The translations under genes were made by a program, and so were the position numbers. 62,661 nucleotides of DNA from Bigelowiella natans CCMP2755 (Eukaryota > Protista > Cercozoa). The notes beneath the pieces are model-generated. The model ran no database searches. It was not told the origin of the DNA and was given only the letters and a program-made list of their open reading frames with translations. The DNA lies in assembly GCA_000320545.1 (NCBI GenBank), contig ADNK01002426.1:1-62661 (forward strand), written 5' to 3'. This document shows, piece by piece, positions 41,795-57,107 of this stretch (its first letter is position 1; the number at the start of each line of letters is the position of its first letter).

Positions 41795-42994
41795 TGTACT
41801 CTACTAATACTGCATACGTTGATGGAAGTTAACCTAACCCACAACTATCTATCAATCTACACGATATTTTGCGAGTAGTAGTATTAGTATTAGTAGTAGT
41901 AGTAGTAGTAGTAATATTAGTAGTGGGAGGAGGAGGAAGAGGAAGAGTATCAACGAGAACTACTTTACTAAAAGGAGGAGGAGGAGGAAGATTATCAACG
42001 AGAACTACTTTACTAAAAGCTACTACGACTATTCTACTGCTGCTGCTGCTGAATCATAACATTCTATCTTAGTAGGAGGAGAAGGAGGGACTTCTTCTTC
42101 TTCATCATCCTCATCAAAACCATCATATTTGCTAGCAGCAGCTTCCACCTTTTGGGTTTTTTATTGCCAAGGAAGAAGAAGAAGAAGAAGTAGTTGTGGA
42201 AGAAGAAGAAGAACTCTCTTCAAAAGCAAGAGGAATCACAAGGGCAGACACGAATATCTGTGTATTAGAGTAGTAGTAGTTGTAGTAGTAGTAGTAGTAG
42301 TAGTAGAGAATCATAAGAGGAGACCTGACACTACTACCACTCACAAAGAATAACGTCAGATACGGAGGAGGAGGAGGAGGAGGAGGAGGAGGAGGAGGAG
42401 GAGGAGGATAAAAATGCGGATTGCATTAAATGACCGCCTCATATAATCACAGTGTTATGGGAAGGAAACATGGACTTGAGGTATCCGCATAGCCAATATC
42501 ATGAATGTTTCAACTACTACCGCATATATTGTTAAGAGTGTGCAAAAATAGCAGGAACACAGCCGATTCATGACCCTTGTTATCAAGAAAAAGAAGGATG
42601 ATATAAATATGTGATGATGATGATGATGATGATGCTGATGACAATGACGACGACGAACAGTAGATTGCCAATTATGGGTACCAAAATAATATGAATCTTA
42701 ACATTGAAATTAACGATGTCGTCAATATCATTATCATCATCATCATCAATATCATCATTAATTTCAATCTTCACGTTGCTACTTACTACTGCTAAAACCA
42801 CTACCTCGCCTTTGCTTTACTGCGCTGCCTCTTCGACAAAGCACGCCCTACGCGTGTTTGCCTTAATCATCCACATCATCAATCAATGAATCAATCACCA
42901 GGAATAAAACAAATCATATTTTCTAAAAACTAAATGTACACAATGCAATTTGTGTGCGCGTGTGCATCGTGTATGCATGCGTGCGTGTGTGCGC

Positions 42995-43042
<48 letters not shown>

Positions 43043-43298
43043 ATGTGCATGCAGGCATTATTGATTTTTGCATAGAGTGTGACTCCTCCTCTTCTTTCCT
43101 TCTCTCATATGATGATGGCATGCCTGAAATTCCTCCCCTCTACTGCCATATCTTCGTCGTCGTCGTCGTCTTTGTCGTCGTCGTCGTCGTCGTTGTCGTT
43201 GTAGTTGTTAGCAGCGAGCAGCCCTTTCTTATTCTATAGGCGCTGTCCTTCTGTCTGTCTGCTCTGAGGAATAGGAAACAACTACGCTACTAAAGGCT

Positions 43299-43332
<34 letters not shown>

Positions 43333-43471
43333 CACCATTGGGATGTACGCGCCCCTGTCGTTGTCTGAATTGTTGTTGTTTGTGTTGGCTGTGTTGGCTG
43401 TGCATATTTGCAGAAGAAAACAGGGCATTGTTTATGAGCGACAAGCAACAAGAACGACCTTTTTTACCCAT
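32932..43471 (-). CDS. Type II membrane glycosyltransferase of the hydroxyproline O-arabinosyltransferase / peptidyl-serine alpha-galactosyltransferase (GT95/GT96) group; more than 20 exons; both ends approximate
   Basis: Spliced motifs: TM (CTLLTIYA|[12 protein letters not shown]), [16 protein letters not shown]|[10 protein letters not shown]|[38 protein letters not shown]|[60 protein letters not shown]. Confidence 0.88.
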
Positions 43472-43668
43472 AAATTTGAATCGTTTGAATACTTATTTCG
43501 TACACCACGAATCAGCAGACTGCTTCTCCCTCCCTCCCTCTCCTGCCCAAAGAGGAGGTAACACCTCTTCCTCCCACATGCTGGTGGGACCAAACGGAAG
43601 AAGAACATTACCGCTCTTGCTTATCTTCTGTTGTTCATCGATTCCCTTTTCCACCGGGTTCACTCTTC

Positions 43669-44404
43669 TTAAACAGCAGGTGGTACTGAAATTGTCTTTC
43701 CAAGAATTGAGATGTTCTGCTGCTCATAAGTATCGCTATGTCGTCTTCCTTTCAATCCCTTCTCTCTAAAATATACCACGTATTTGTTGTATAACTCTGC
43801 GTAATGCTTTATGCAGTTGATTCTTGTTTTTTCTTATTGTTATTTAGAATGATAGAAGTCTCGTGAAGATGATGATAACGAATACGACAAAGATGGACCC
43901 TATCGTGGCAAATGATAATCTCACGAAGAAGAAGCAGCAGCCAGAGAAGAAAGTACATTAAAATTTAAAGTATTTACTCCAGTATGTGTTTTGATTATGA
44001 CTATTATTATTATGATTATTGGTATTACATAAGGCTGCTGCAAATCATCAAGAAGCCACTATTATTACTACTGCAACTACTACTACTGTTACTACAAAAA
44101 CAAGTGGTAAAGGTAATGCCTTTGAATTTTAAATCGCAGGATTAAGAATGATGATTGCATGAGGAGTAATATGATAATGATAATTATCGATTACATATAA
44201 TGATAATGAGGACGATATTAGTGGCCAATGGTGATAGTGGATGTGGTAACACATACGAAAGGAATCTCTTCATATGAGATTCATAATACATTTAATGCAG
44301 CTGCAGGATTTTTGTTCGAGGGGCTCTCATTCTTTCAAGGACAACAGCACATTCATCATCGCCACAGTAGTGCGGGAACAAACGACCAAGAAAAGTACTA
44401 CTAC

Positions 44405-44435
<31 letters not shown>

Positions 44436-44803
44436 CCAATTTGTACTAGTTGGAATTGTTCCGACAATAATAAAAATGGATAGTATAATTAATAGTTACA
44501 ATATGAGTTTTGTAACTTTCAAAACAGACTATCTTTAGTAATATAGTTCGTATTCCATCTTCCTCCTTTACTACTACCACTACGACGACGACGAGATAAC
44601 CCTTTTTTATTATGCTTAGTTGATCATCCTTACTATCTACAACTTTCTTCTTTAATAAATTGTGAAAAAGACCAAAAGCTTGGGTCGTAGTATTATCAAT
44701 AACAATCGCAGTGGTTATCTCCATTATTCTAATGGTGCGGCCTCGAATTAGCAGAGTAGTAGTAGTAGTAGTAGGCGGGTCATCGCCATACGTATTTGTT
44801 GCA

Positions 44804-44839
<36 letters not shown>

Positions 44840-44898
44840 CCATGAGGGAAAAACAAACACAATAGCTACGAAAAATTAGTGTGGAAAACATGCAGTAA

Positions 44899-44935
<37 letters not shown>

Positions 44936-45688
44936 AGTATCATCAGTTGAATGTTGGTAAATGTTGTGCTCTTGTTTTAGATCATGTTCTACTTTTGCTG
45001 CTGTGGACCCCCAATGTAAGTACTAATATCTATCTATTTCTTAGCGATTTCGATATCTAGTGTCACTCACATGCTCTCGGTATTGACCTTCTTCAGCATG
45101 AATTGCATGCAATTTAATCAATTATATATACTACTCTTTGGACAACATTCTTTCTGTTGCTGCTGAAAACTACGTTGTGTAACGAATAATAACGAATAAT
45201 AATGGATGACTATCAGTGAATTGGAGGATGATGATGATAGGAGGTAAAAGAACTGCGTAGTAAGTGGGTCAATGAAGTAGTTATTTAGTAGTAGCATCAA
45301 TACATTTCGTTCAGCAATTATCATTTTTAAATGATTATTTGTCCATTACATACCAAGTACTTATCTGTCAATCATCACATAAGTGCCTATACGTATTGTC
45401 GATAGAGGAGAGTCGACAATGTACAAATAATGTTGTTTTAATGTAAGTTGAAGTTGTAATTGACAAATGTCACCCATGTAAGCATGTAAGAGCAATGCTC
45501 TCTTTATATGCGAATATTATCTAAATCATTTAAGCAGTTTCTCAGCCGCTGATTTGCATAAATTGATCGTCTAAACTTTCGTGTCGTAGCAGCTTATTTC
45601 CCGACCTTCTCGCTGTCAAACAAGCGACTTCTTTCCATCGGGAGTCGGTACGTATCTGATAAGGACTGAGGCTACGATTATAATCCAT
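43669..45688 (-). CDS. Multi-exon hypothetical protein, weak resemblance to the GET4 C-terminal helical region
   Basis: Plausible in-phase 3' exon chain ...AALN|RFLS|HYLYHL|VHLC|QKTRINCIKHYAELYNKYVVYFREKG...ILGKTISVPPAV*. The 5' exons are unresolved and a + strand model is not fully excluded. Confidence 0.35.
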
Positions 45689-46487
45689 TCTCCTACAAAA
45701 TACGACACATGATGATGCTGCTACTACTTGATGCTGCTATCTCAACTTTCTAAACAATTTCTGTGATGGTATTGCTTAATGCTGAAGCGTCTTACTACTT
45801 CTCTTAGATGATGGACCATGGTACAGACACGAAACACCATCCTAGTACAAAGAGTAGTATGGTAGCAACAAAAGGAAGGACGACGCAGTAGTCAAAATCT
45901 AAATGAGTATTATAAGGATGTGGACTTAAGACGGTGAGAAAAGCTGATAAGAGGCAACTATTTCGCACGCAGGTTAAACGATAATGACAAATCCTGTGAG
46001 TGACAAGTCAATCTAAAATGGCTGAGCACTAACAGAAGAGGGTTTCTACCATGACCATGTAAGACGATCGTCAACCCGTTCTAGCGCTAGAGCGTTGAAT
46101 GCGTGTGCGTGTAAGTAAGACGATCGTCAACCCGTTGCATGAACGCGTGTATGTACTCTCTACTGTAGAACGGCCTAGCTAGCTAGCTAGCTAGCACGGC
46201 ACGCAGCACATGGCAGTTATTCGCATTGATCGCGATTATCGAGATGTATGTCTAGATGTACCAGCTATGCTAGGGCCTTTACGTTTGTTTGTTACAGTGA
46301 AACGTTGCTGCCTAATTTAGTATTTGTCGTGTGGCAATGCAAGGCGGGCAGTAAAAATGAGATTAATAATGTAGTATAGATTTATCGCATTGTCTAGCCA
46401 ATAACATTAACTAGTTAGGGAAGGGCTGTTGCGCAAAGTTACACCAGATAAGCTAGTAAGTCAGCGTGCTGCACATGACACGTGCTT

Positions 46488-46531
<44 letters not shown>

Positions 46532-47015
46532 TCGATATATCGATATCGTGATAGAAAGTGTCGAAATATTAATGAACACGGCATCACACTACATACCATA
46601 CAAGCAAGGCCGCCTGCTAAAATATTAGGCATAATGCAGGAGAGAAGAAAGTACAGGCGCAAGCATTGTGGCAATGGCCTGTAGCCTTCTAATATTAACT
46701 CAACAGTGGCAAAACAAGTTGGTATGCTCGCCAGAGTATTTTTTAAAATTAAAAAAATGGCTTTCGCACGTTTATGGATGAATTATTTGTTACAGCTATG
46801 CATTTGATCTTTCTCCGAAGTGACACGTGGAAACGCAAAAAAGTATAACGACAACAGCAGGGCTAAAAAATGATAAAGATTAAAAATGACGAAGATAAAT
46901 TTAGTGAACCTTATTCATGCAGCAAATGTATTAGTCGCCTGAAAGATGATCAAGGATAAGCCACATTCATGATTTAATTTTCGGTAAAGCTATTTAAGTT
47001 TAAGAGATTTTCGCT

Positions 47016-47972
47016 TTATGATCTTCTTTTCGTTAATGCAAGACCCGACACTTTAATAGACGGAATTTGCAACCCATTTGGAAGCACGATAGCGGATAGT
47101 TTTCGTTTTTTTCCATTCCTGACTGAGTTCTTTTTCCCAATTTTGAATCCCGTCGTCGCAGGTAGTGCACTTGCTCCTGCTGTGTAATAGTGAACGGGGC
47201 TGTTGAAACGGCTCACAAGCTTTCGTTGAAGCGAAGCAATCGTATCATTTGTGGATGGATCTTCCAACTTAGGTATTTGCATCAATTGTTTTATTGATTT
47301 TCTGGGTAAAGAGGTCACTAGTGCCGCTCTTCCTCGAAAACTGTGAGAAGAGAAGGCAGAATTATTATCATTTCTCGTTACAATTGCTTCGGCGATTTGG
47401 GTAGTTGTTCCTCCACGCTTAGCCCTAATTATTCTTCGGTATCCTCCACTACTTTTAGGGTATCCTATTATATTCCCACGCCTGATGATTGCATGTTGTG
47501 TAGATATCCTCTCACGAGCTCTTGGGAGTTGTTCTTTACCATCATTATGGTTTTTTTCACGCTGCGAAGATAATATCGGATGTGAATGATGTTCAGTCTT
47601 CAAATGTTGCTGTACGGCCCTATCAGGTTTCACCTAAGAAAACCAATCATTCTATCTCAATTAGAAATATGATAAAATAACTTCAGTCACCTTGCATGCT
47701 GCTTCTCCTTGAATGACTGTTTTTTTCCTTTTCGAAAATTGTAGCTTCGGGCAGTGCTTATACGCTGATTCGATATTCTCCAAATCCATCCCCTTTAGCC
47801 CATTCTCTTCGCAATACTTCTGTCTCATAGTAAGAAGCGTTGTCACACACGCCTTCCTTAACACACGATGATTCCAGGTGGCCTCAGTGTATGGTGGAAG
47901 CATCCACGAGGGGGTGGTCGAAGTGGACTGGGAAGACGAGGAGGAGGATGAGGAGGAGGAGGAGCCCGCCAT
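47016..47972 (-). CDS. Two-exon basic hypothetical protein
   Basis: ORFs 47661-48149 and 47016-47633 are joined in phase by a GT-AG intron at about 47690-47634 (AACK|VKPD). Likely start MAGSSSS, though an upstream ATG is possible. No family recognised. Confidence 0.6.
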
Positions 47973-48732
47973 ACTCACTGACTTGAGAAGGACCATTACA
48001 TTCAAATTTGTATCATCTTTGAGGCGAATGCTGTTTTGCGGCATGGTTCGATCCCTGTGTTTACTCGCTTTTCGGTTAGAACTTCTGACCGTCGGAAATC
48101 GCTCGAAAATGATGGTGCTGCGTAGTTTACTGAACCCTTTCTTTCGCAATGAAATTATGTGAAATCTCCTTTAATGCACGAAATTGCGTGGTAGTCATTT
48201 TCTCTTTAAGTTAATTCCCAGAGGTGTACATTAAGTGGCGTTTACCAGCAGGCTTCCATCCAGCGGCACAAAGGTCGGCTTGTTGCTACAGAAGGAAAAA
48301 AAAAACGTTTGAGACTCACTCATTCGATGAACTCGAGAGATTCTCGAACAAGTATAGATCTACTGAGAGAATTTCATGAGATACTCCGGGATAAGCAATT
48401 CGGTCAAATTGTATTTTGAGCGAAAACAGGTCCCGTTTTTGACACAAAAGGAAAGATCCGTTAGTTGTCATCTAAGATATCCATCAAAATCATCGCATAA
48501 CATTTCGGCTGAAAGAAGAGACAGAATTGCATGTAGTTATGATTCTGCGACATGCTAAAATTGAAAAAGAAGGGATTTAGTACAACTTTGATCTCGCTCT
48601 AACGACTAGTAATCAGTAAAATGCAATAGCAAAGGTACGACATAGTAGATTTCGTGTCTTAAATAACGAATTAGCTCCATTTCATTGGATTGCTTCACAT
48701 TCCAAACTCCATCCACCCCCCCACTGTCCCAG

Positions 48733-51198
48733 ATGTCGTCGAAGAAGGGCTCCGAAACTAGCATGTCGCGGATCAAATCTTACATTCGTTGCCGACCTGT
48801 CAATGAAAGAGAACGCCGCTCGAATGATCCAAAGGTGGTCAAATGCAACGAAGCAACAATTCAGTTACACCGAACTGAATTTGCAGCTGACAAGGTAAAG
48901 CTTCTGTTGAAAGAAACATAAAAGGGAACTTGAAACATGGGTACTGTCTTGAGAAGTCATGTTTAGCCTATCATATTTTTTCATAAATACACCTTGCTTT
49001 CTGACAAACTCGGACCTGCACAGATTTTTGGAGCAGATTCCACTCAAAAAGAAGTTTACAGCGCTGTAGCTGAGCCAGTAGAAAAAGATCTAATCCAGGG
49101 ATATAATTGCGTTTTGTTCTGCTATGGGCAAACGGGAACAGGGAAGGTATTTGATCAGTATATTAGTTAACAAATTTTTCTACTACATCTCTAAACACAA
49201 TTCTTTAACATTAGACGTACACTATGGAGGGAGACCTTACTTCTCCCGTTCACTGCGGCCTCATTCCACGCATGTGCAAGTCCATATTTGAACGCCTCAA
49301 GGCGAAAGAACAAGATTTTTCCGTCAAGATATCCGCGGTTGAGCTTTATAATGAACGATTTTTTGAATGTCTGGAGGATGAAGATAAGCGAAGTGCTACA
49401 AAAGTCATCAAGGTTATCGATGGCGATCTTCAGAATGCAGCTCAGCCTCTTGTAGAGTCGTCGCTTGATGTTCTCAGATTGTTGAGAAAAGCTCAGCAGG
49501 TGAAGGCAAATTCTTTAGCAAAACAAATGAACTCGGAATTTGCTTGGTGAAAATTATCAGCTAGACGCTACCTCCAGAAATAACCCTTTCTTACTTCTCG
49601 CCTTTTGCCTCACTGAATTACCATATAATACCTGGGATGGATGGTGTTTTCAGAGTCGGAAGGTGTCGGCAACAAAGATGAACAAAGTGTCCTCTCGTAG
49701 TCACTTTATCTTTATCATGACTGTCAGGATGAAGCAGGTGGTGGTGTACTAGATGATGGAAGTTTAGGAGGTTATTATTGAAAGAATACCAGAAATTATT
49801 CAGCATGTAATTTATCTCGTATTTCTTTACCGCATCAGATATGAAGATAGAATCAAAATCTCTCATCCTCATTATTTAAGTATCAGTGGTGAATACAAAT
49901 AACATACATACACGCACTCAGAAATCTTCCGAAGGCGATGAGGTGAAGATTGGAAAGCTGTTCCTTGTTGATTTGGCTGGATCAGAATGCATCGGAAAGA
50001 GTGGCGCATCAGGCCTACGCGCAAGAGAGGCCAAGAACATTAACAAATCGAATGAAGCATTGAAAAGGGTGATTGAAGCTTTGGTATCAAATGCTTCGCA
50101 TATTCCCTATCGAGATTCTAGACTTACACAGCTGCTCCAGGTGGTCTTTATATCTTTAGTAGTAGAATCTCATCAGAAATAAATACAAAAACTATAATAA
50201 TTGCCATACTGATATCGAAGATATAAAGGTATTATAGGCTACATTTATTTAACAACTCGTCCATCTCCTTCCTCTGTTTAATGATTTGTTCTTAGCCTGC
50301 ACTCGGGGGATCAGCTAAAACAGCTATCATTGGCACCATCTCTCCCGCAAAATCGTAATAAGTTCTAATGAAAAATGACAGTCTGCAACAGCAGATACAT
50401 TGCTGCCACTATGTTCGAAGTGAGCAAGAACATAGTTGGAAAATAAGTTTTCTTGATTGTTTTGGGGTACTGACTGACTAATATCTGTATTCCTCTTGCT
50501 GGGTCCATTCTAATGTCATTATTTATTAATAAATAAAGAGCTGTTTCGGAGACCAAGAGCACTTTACACTACATTTGTATGGCTTCTAAGATCAAAAACC
50601 AACCAAAGCTTAACACAAATATGACGAACAACCAAGCTCTCAAACATCTGGTAGTATATATTATTATTATTATTATTATTATTATTATCATAATTATTAA
50701 ATGCTGATTATCCTAATCGTAAATTAGGAAAAAGATTGCGAGAAGCTGAGGCGTATGTTAGCTGCAGCTCGAAGCAGAAATGGAATTGTAGTTCCTCCCG
50801 ATCTTTGGGAAGAAACTAAAGCAAAAACCCAAAAGCTTCAAGCAGAAGTATGATAAAATACACCATCATCGACATTAGTATTTGGATATTGTTCCCTGCA
50901 CTGCTACATGTACGCATACAGTAATGGCGGCACAATAGTCTATATTTTAGGTTGTCATTATCTAACTCCTTTTTTCCCCTTTCTTCCTTCCCACTCATCG
51001 TGCTGTCGATGCTGCTGCAACTTAGGTGGATGAATTTCGTAAGTTGGCAGGATGCCGTGAGAAACAAATCGACGATATGCAGCAAGAGCTAGATCGCCTC
51101 ATAAGCGAAATGGACGCTTTGAAGGAAGAGAACCAGAAGCAGAAAGTCCAAGTTAAGAAGGTAGTTATTATGTATTATTATGAACACGAAGATGTAGG

Positions 51199-51239
<41 letters not shown>

Positions 51240-53152
51240 TTCTTTGCTTCAAAAGATGGGAGAGGAGCTTTCTGAAACTAAAATAAAGATGGTGGAAGAA
51301 AAAGACCGTGCTGATGAGAATTGGGAGGTTGCTACAACACATCTTGGCTATGCACAAGATATGCTTCAGAAAGCCAGAGAACAGCGCTCTGAACTAATCC
51401 GGTATGATAAATTGATATCAAATACCCCGTGTCGGTGATGAGGGGGGTGGGGGGGGACTGCACCCTTGATAGAAAATACAGCAGCAAGAAACACCATAGT
51501 TACATTGCTTTTTGTTGTGTCTAATATGATATGATCAGGAGCCAGAGCGTCATGATGAAGCAAGAAGCCAAAAAAGAGCGCTTGGGAGAGCATATATCTC
51601 AAACAACCCAAGCTTCCAAAAAATACCTCACCGATGCAGCCTCTTTTTTTGAAAAACTTCAAAATCAAATTTCTCTATTCAAGGTATAATCGATAAAAAG
51701 AAAAAACGACTAATAATTATTCCTTATTACTAACGTACGACATCTTTAAGTAAACAGTTTATATGTTTTGTATGTGTATGAATTTTCGAAAAGAAATGCA
51801 ACGAGAAGGCTCTGGGAGATGTTTCTGAGCTAAGTACATCGTACCGAGGTAGCTCCAAGAAAGACTTCCAAATGCAACTTGACTCTTCAAAAGCTCTCTC
51901 CAAGAAACTTGGTGATATGCAGAAGCAGCTAGGGGAGATGTCTTTAAAGGCTATGGATGTTGGTCGTACTCAATGTAACGAAATGCAACAGCATTCTATC
52001 GAGAGCGTCCGTGCTCATACAGCTAATCTGGCCTCCATTGGTGATGCTCTTGCCAAACAAGTTGCTGTTATTGTCGGAAAACACGTCAAGGCCCTTGAAA
52101 GCACACATATGGCAATGAAGGTAGTACCAGTAGTACTAGTAGCAATGGTTGGGGACAGCAATTTGAAGCTGTTGGTTATTTTTTGTCGTACTAAGTGAAT
52201 CGTATATTAATTAAGTTGTGTGTATGTACTATATTGCAAAGGATGAGATGGGAAACAACCGAAGGAATAGTGTTGGGGCAGCGAAGACAGGATTTGAGGC
52301 AGCTTGCAACCATATGGCAGCAATTCAGAAGGGTATTGCTGCACTGACGGCGTCTGTTGAATCTGCAGTAAGTCATTATATAGCTAAGACTCAAGAGGCC
52401 AAACGCAAACAGGTAGTAGTAGTGGTAGTGGTAGTAGTAGTAATAAAAACATAGTCAGTCGTCATTGTTATCTATTATCAAGAAATATCACCATTGGATG
52501 AACAACAATGAAACTAAAGCAGCAGTACGATATACTAATTAAAGCCTAGTATGTTATCTGCTCCTACTGTTCTTATTCGAATCTCCACCTTGTTATCATT
52601 ATTTATTGACTGCCATTTCTCTCTTTCTTCCTAATGTCTTCCTGGTTGTGTAACTTTAGGATGAGCTTGAGCAAGGGCATTGGAAAGATTACCAAACTGC
52701 CGACAAAAAGCAGTGGGAGTCATTCCATCAAAGGATTGGGCATTCCATTGTTTTGACCAAGTCAGAAATCAGAAGCCTCAGCGAGAAGGTCCTCTCGAAT
52801 AATAAAATGGCTAAACAGTCTCTTGGAGAGTTCCTGGCAGAATCACACAAGACAGAGATGCAAGCAATCAACGATCATAGTCAAGGTGTTATTATCAGTA
52901 CTAATAGTAGCAGTAGTATAGTAGAACGCTCTTTTATGTTTAAGGTATGGGAATAATATATGATAAGGAATCGATGCAAATATGTGTGTGTTCACGACTA
53001 AATATGATTAGAGCAAAGAAGCTCTCTATCTGCTCTGGCACAGGATCTAGAAAAGAATCACGCTCAGGCTCTTATCCGCATGGAAAAACATCATCAAGAC
53101 CGCACCGATAAGATCAACCAAAATGCTCACAACCAGAAGAATGCTCTCAAGG

Positions 53153-53204
<52 letters not shown>

Positions 53205-56200
53205 TCACTCGATAGATTCTACTTCGTTATTACAGCAGCAAAATCAAAGATCTTAAACCATCACTCTTGTTTTCAGCACGACACACACACACATACACCA
53301 TATGTACATCATAGGAGCTGGAAACGCTTGAAGGAGGTTTCGTGTCTTCTCGTTCTAAATCCTTGTCCAACATCTTTTCCGATGCAAAGAATCGTGCCGA
53401 GGCTCATTGCAAAGAGCAAAGTGAGAGCCACGAGCAACTACAGGTTGAATTGCAATCTCACCAGAAGCAAGCTGATGCTACGTACACGGCATTTGAAACG
53501 TCAAATGTTGAAGCATTGCAACACCATCAAACCGATCTAAGTGCTCTGTCTATGAAGAATGCAGCGAGAGAGGCCCAAGTAATTCACCTTGCTCGTAATC
53601 GAGAGGAGACTATGCTTACTGACACGAAGAGTACAATCGCTGATCTAGTCAAGACAGCAACTCATCTCACTGAGACTCATCTCGAAATTTCCCGAAGTAG
53701 CTCTGAGGAGCATTCCAAGAGTATGCTTGATGCGCGTAGATCAGCTGAAGAAAAGGAGCAACAAATGCAAGCACAAACTATGAAATTCGCCCAGAACTTG
53801 ATCGCAGAATCCGAGAAGTCCAATGCAGAACTATCGGGGAATATGGACTCCAAATTGGCCACAATGGCGTCGAAACACATTGCTATGTGGGGAAATATGC
53901 ACGCTTTTAATACTAAAATTGGTAATGAGATCAAGAGCATAGTTGATACTCAAGTGGAAGAAAGGTAGTAGTTATGATGGTCATAGTATTATAATGTTAT
54001 TGTTACTGCTTCTACATTGACTTCACGACTAAGCATTTTGCCTCTTATATCTATTTATACTTCATTCTTAATACTTTGCTCATGAATATGATTCGACTCG
54101 CTTGTGCTCCTTCTCTCCTAATCGTCTCGCAAGGTATGCTGCAATGAAGAATCAAAATGAACAGCTCAAAGCAGCCCTTCTGGAGGAAATCACAACGGCT
54201 AAAGATGAGCGCAAAGTGATTCGTAACAAGACCGAAGAGCTACTTGAAAGTGTTAAGACAACTTTCATGGAATGGCTTGATGCCCATGATAAATCACGGG
54301 AAGAGAAGCTCAACTCGATTATCTCTTCTCTCTGCTATCAAGAAAACGAGAAAACTCATGCTGCTCTGGCACTATTCGCATCTACTACAGCAGGAAAAGT
54401 GGAAAATGGTCAAAAGGAAACTGGAAAGATGAATGACGATGCGACAAAAGAGATCAACAAGGCTGTGCTTAGTGCAAAGAATGAGAAAAAAACCTTCCTT
54501 TGCGAAACTTCAAAGAGGCTCTCTATTTATTCAGACACTATGGACAAACATATCCAAGATGTTAACAATAAGAACCAACTCTACACAAAAAGTAACTACA
54601 TCATAATATTAACAGCGGCACGTTTCTCTGTGCAAGAGAGAGAGACTTAAAAAACACTCATGAACATGTTGCTTTGCTGTTCTGCTCTCACGTATTTTTG
54701 TGTCATCTTTCTGACGTTGTATTGTGGTTATTGCGTACTTCTTGTTTCTACAACAACGACAAATTAGGCATGGAAACATCTTTTGCTTCCAACGATAAAA
54801 ATACTTCAGAGCTTCAAGCTAAGCATATTTCCACGATCAATGACTCTCTGTGCAACTTCCAGGCGCAGATAGATAACGCTATCGTGTCAGAGAAGAAGGG
54901 CATTGCTAAATCTTCTCAAGACTTCAAGGCCGCTCAGGAAGAGGGTCTTCGCTTAGAAAACGAGCATCTAAAGACTGTGGTTGCATCACTCAAAGCTCAA
55001 CTTGATAAGTATAAAAACACACGATCTGAGGCAGCTGAGCAGCATTGTCAGAGAGCAGTCATGCTCTCTTCCAACCGCCTTGAGCAAGCACAATCGTACC
55101 AAAAAGACCAGTTGCAGGCCTTTGATACTGCTCAAGCAGCTGAGGAGAAAGAGATGGAAAAGCACCTAATCGAAGTCAAAGAGAGCGTTAAGACTATTGT
55201 TTCTGTTAATATCAACGAGCATGTGGAAACAATGCAGGTGACTGATACGATGCATGCAAATGCAGAGAAGAAGATATGCGCTGAGGAGAACAAAGCAAAT
55301 GGAGAAGTGCTTTCGTCAGCTCAGACTGAATCAAAAGACTTTGTGGAACACTGCGAGCAGATTATCAAGACAAGATACGACAGTGTCGATAAAATGACGG
55401 AATCTGAGACTCTACGTCTATCTGATACACTCGCACAAGGGGTCAAATCCCTTGAGGGAAAAATCAACAACCAGGTAACACTTCATAGCGAAAACATGGA
55501 AGGCTCTACGAAAAGGATTTTGGGTGCTTTGGAGATGTTTGCAGGTTTGAAGAAATCTTCCATGGCAGACTTCACTGCTCATAACGTCTCGTTTGACGGC
55601 TCTGCAAAGCAAGTATTAAAAGAAGGAAATGAAAAGCTTTCCAAGTCTCTCGATGCTGCTAAAGAAGAAGCTAAGACAATGATGACTGAAGCCATTGAAA
55701 AGAGCGATAACGAAGAAAAGGTGCTAACTAATTTCTTCTCTGTATTATTACTTACTCTATGGTGTTGTTGTTGTCGTTGTTGTATAATTATACTTTGTGG
55801 GTGGGTGGGTAGTGCCATTTCTAATCATGTTTTGCCACTACTTCCTATTTGTCTTTTAGGCATTCTACCAATCTTCCGACATCTTACTCGGTGCTATCAG
55901 CGATACGCGTGGTGGTTTGAAGCAATCTGTGGATAATACCTCATCTTTGATTGGCTCAACAAGCAAGTATATTGAGGATCAGAATACCAAGCTCAAACAA
56001 ATGGTTTCCAAACATATTGAGTCAACAGCTCAAACATCAGCAACGAGAAGTGCAACTCTCTCTAAATGCACTGATGAATCTCAGAAATGTCTTGAGGCAG
56101 AAAGAAAGGCGATTATGGAGATGGATACCAAGCATGAGTCTCACACAGAACAACTTGTGAAGGATCTTAACCAATGTGTTAAGAATTGTCAAGTGGAGAT

Positions 56201-57065
56201 GGGAAAATTCGAAACCCAGCTTAAGGAACAGGTGCTCCTCTTTGCTACGGCTCATTTCTTGTGTGCTTGCCCTGACTGATTCCATGCCACGATTTGTGAT
56301 AATCGGTTACTGATGTTGCTTTTCTTGTGGGTGCTGTTTTCATCTTTCCTATGTTGAGGATACAACTTTTGCATTACTTACTCGTTTTATGTATTACAGG
56401 AGGAGGATGAGACCAAGTTTATTAGTATTGCCAGTCGTACTGTTGTAGTCACTGGCCAAACACCATCAAAAGATGACCTAAAATTGCGCTTACGTCTATC
56501 TTCCTCAAGAACAACACCAGCTACTCCCTCTACACCTTCTATTAAGGAACACGAGGAAAGACAAGAGGAGGAGGAGGAGAAGGAGGAAAATGATAGCAGT
56601 GTTGGTGAAGGAGGAGGACTTGTTCTTCCTTTGCTACAATCGCCTCTAAAAAGTGAAGACATAAAGCTCAGATTCCGTCTTCAGAAGCAACAAAAAGGCC
56701 AAGACGAGGTTGATGGAGTTGACTCGAAAGATCAATCTCATGAAACTAGTTCAATCGCTTCATCATCTTCTTCAAATAGAAGCAATTCTCCCATTGCTCC
56801 TTCTGATATCAGCGGTGCGGAATCAGTTAATACGTCGTCACCAGTATCTTCATCTTCACAACCGCAGCAGTCGTCGTTACTACAGCAAAAGAATTTGAAT
56901 CAGCAGCAATCTGCTAAGAAGGCAACAAGTGGTGGTGCTAAGGGAGGAGGAGGACGTAAAAAGCCTGCTTCAGCCTTCACCAAACCTAAAAAACTACGAA
57001 AACCGTCTAGGATTCTATCCAATTTCTCCAAGGTAGGATTGCAGAAGTGATGGGCCATATACGTG

Positions 57066-57107
<42 letters not shown>

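Larger units (their letters stand above)
9800..45000. repeat. Very dense intronic microsatellites (TA, CA/TG, GA/TC, TAG/CTA, CAT/ATG, GAG/CCT, CAA, TAT)
   Basis: Directly visible in most introns, e.g. 10310-10430, 13780-13980, 36600-37090, 40270-40920. Confidence 0.95.

Noticed and set aside
32780-43300. A plus-strand multi-exon gene (PXA/nexin-like guess)
   Set aside because: The minus strand gives a coherent in-phase glycosyltransferase with family motifs; the plus-strand pieces do not.
13535-44933. Many ORFs with poly-CV, YI, SL, H, L or V runs
   Set aside because: Translations of intronic microsatellites.
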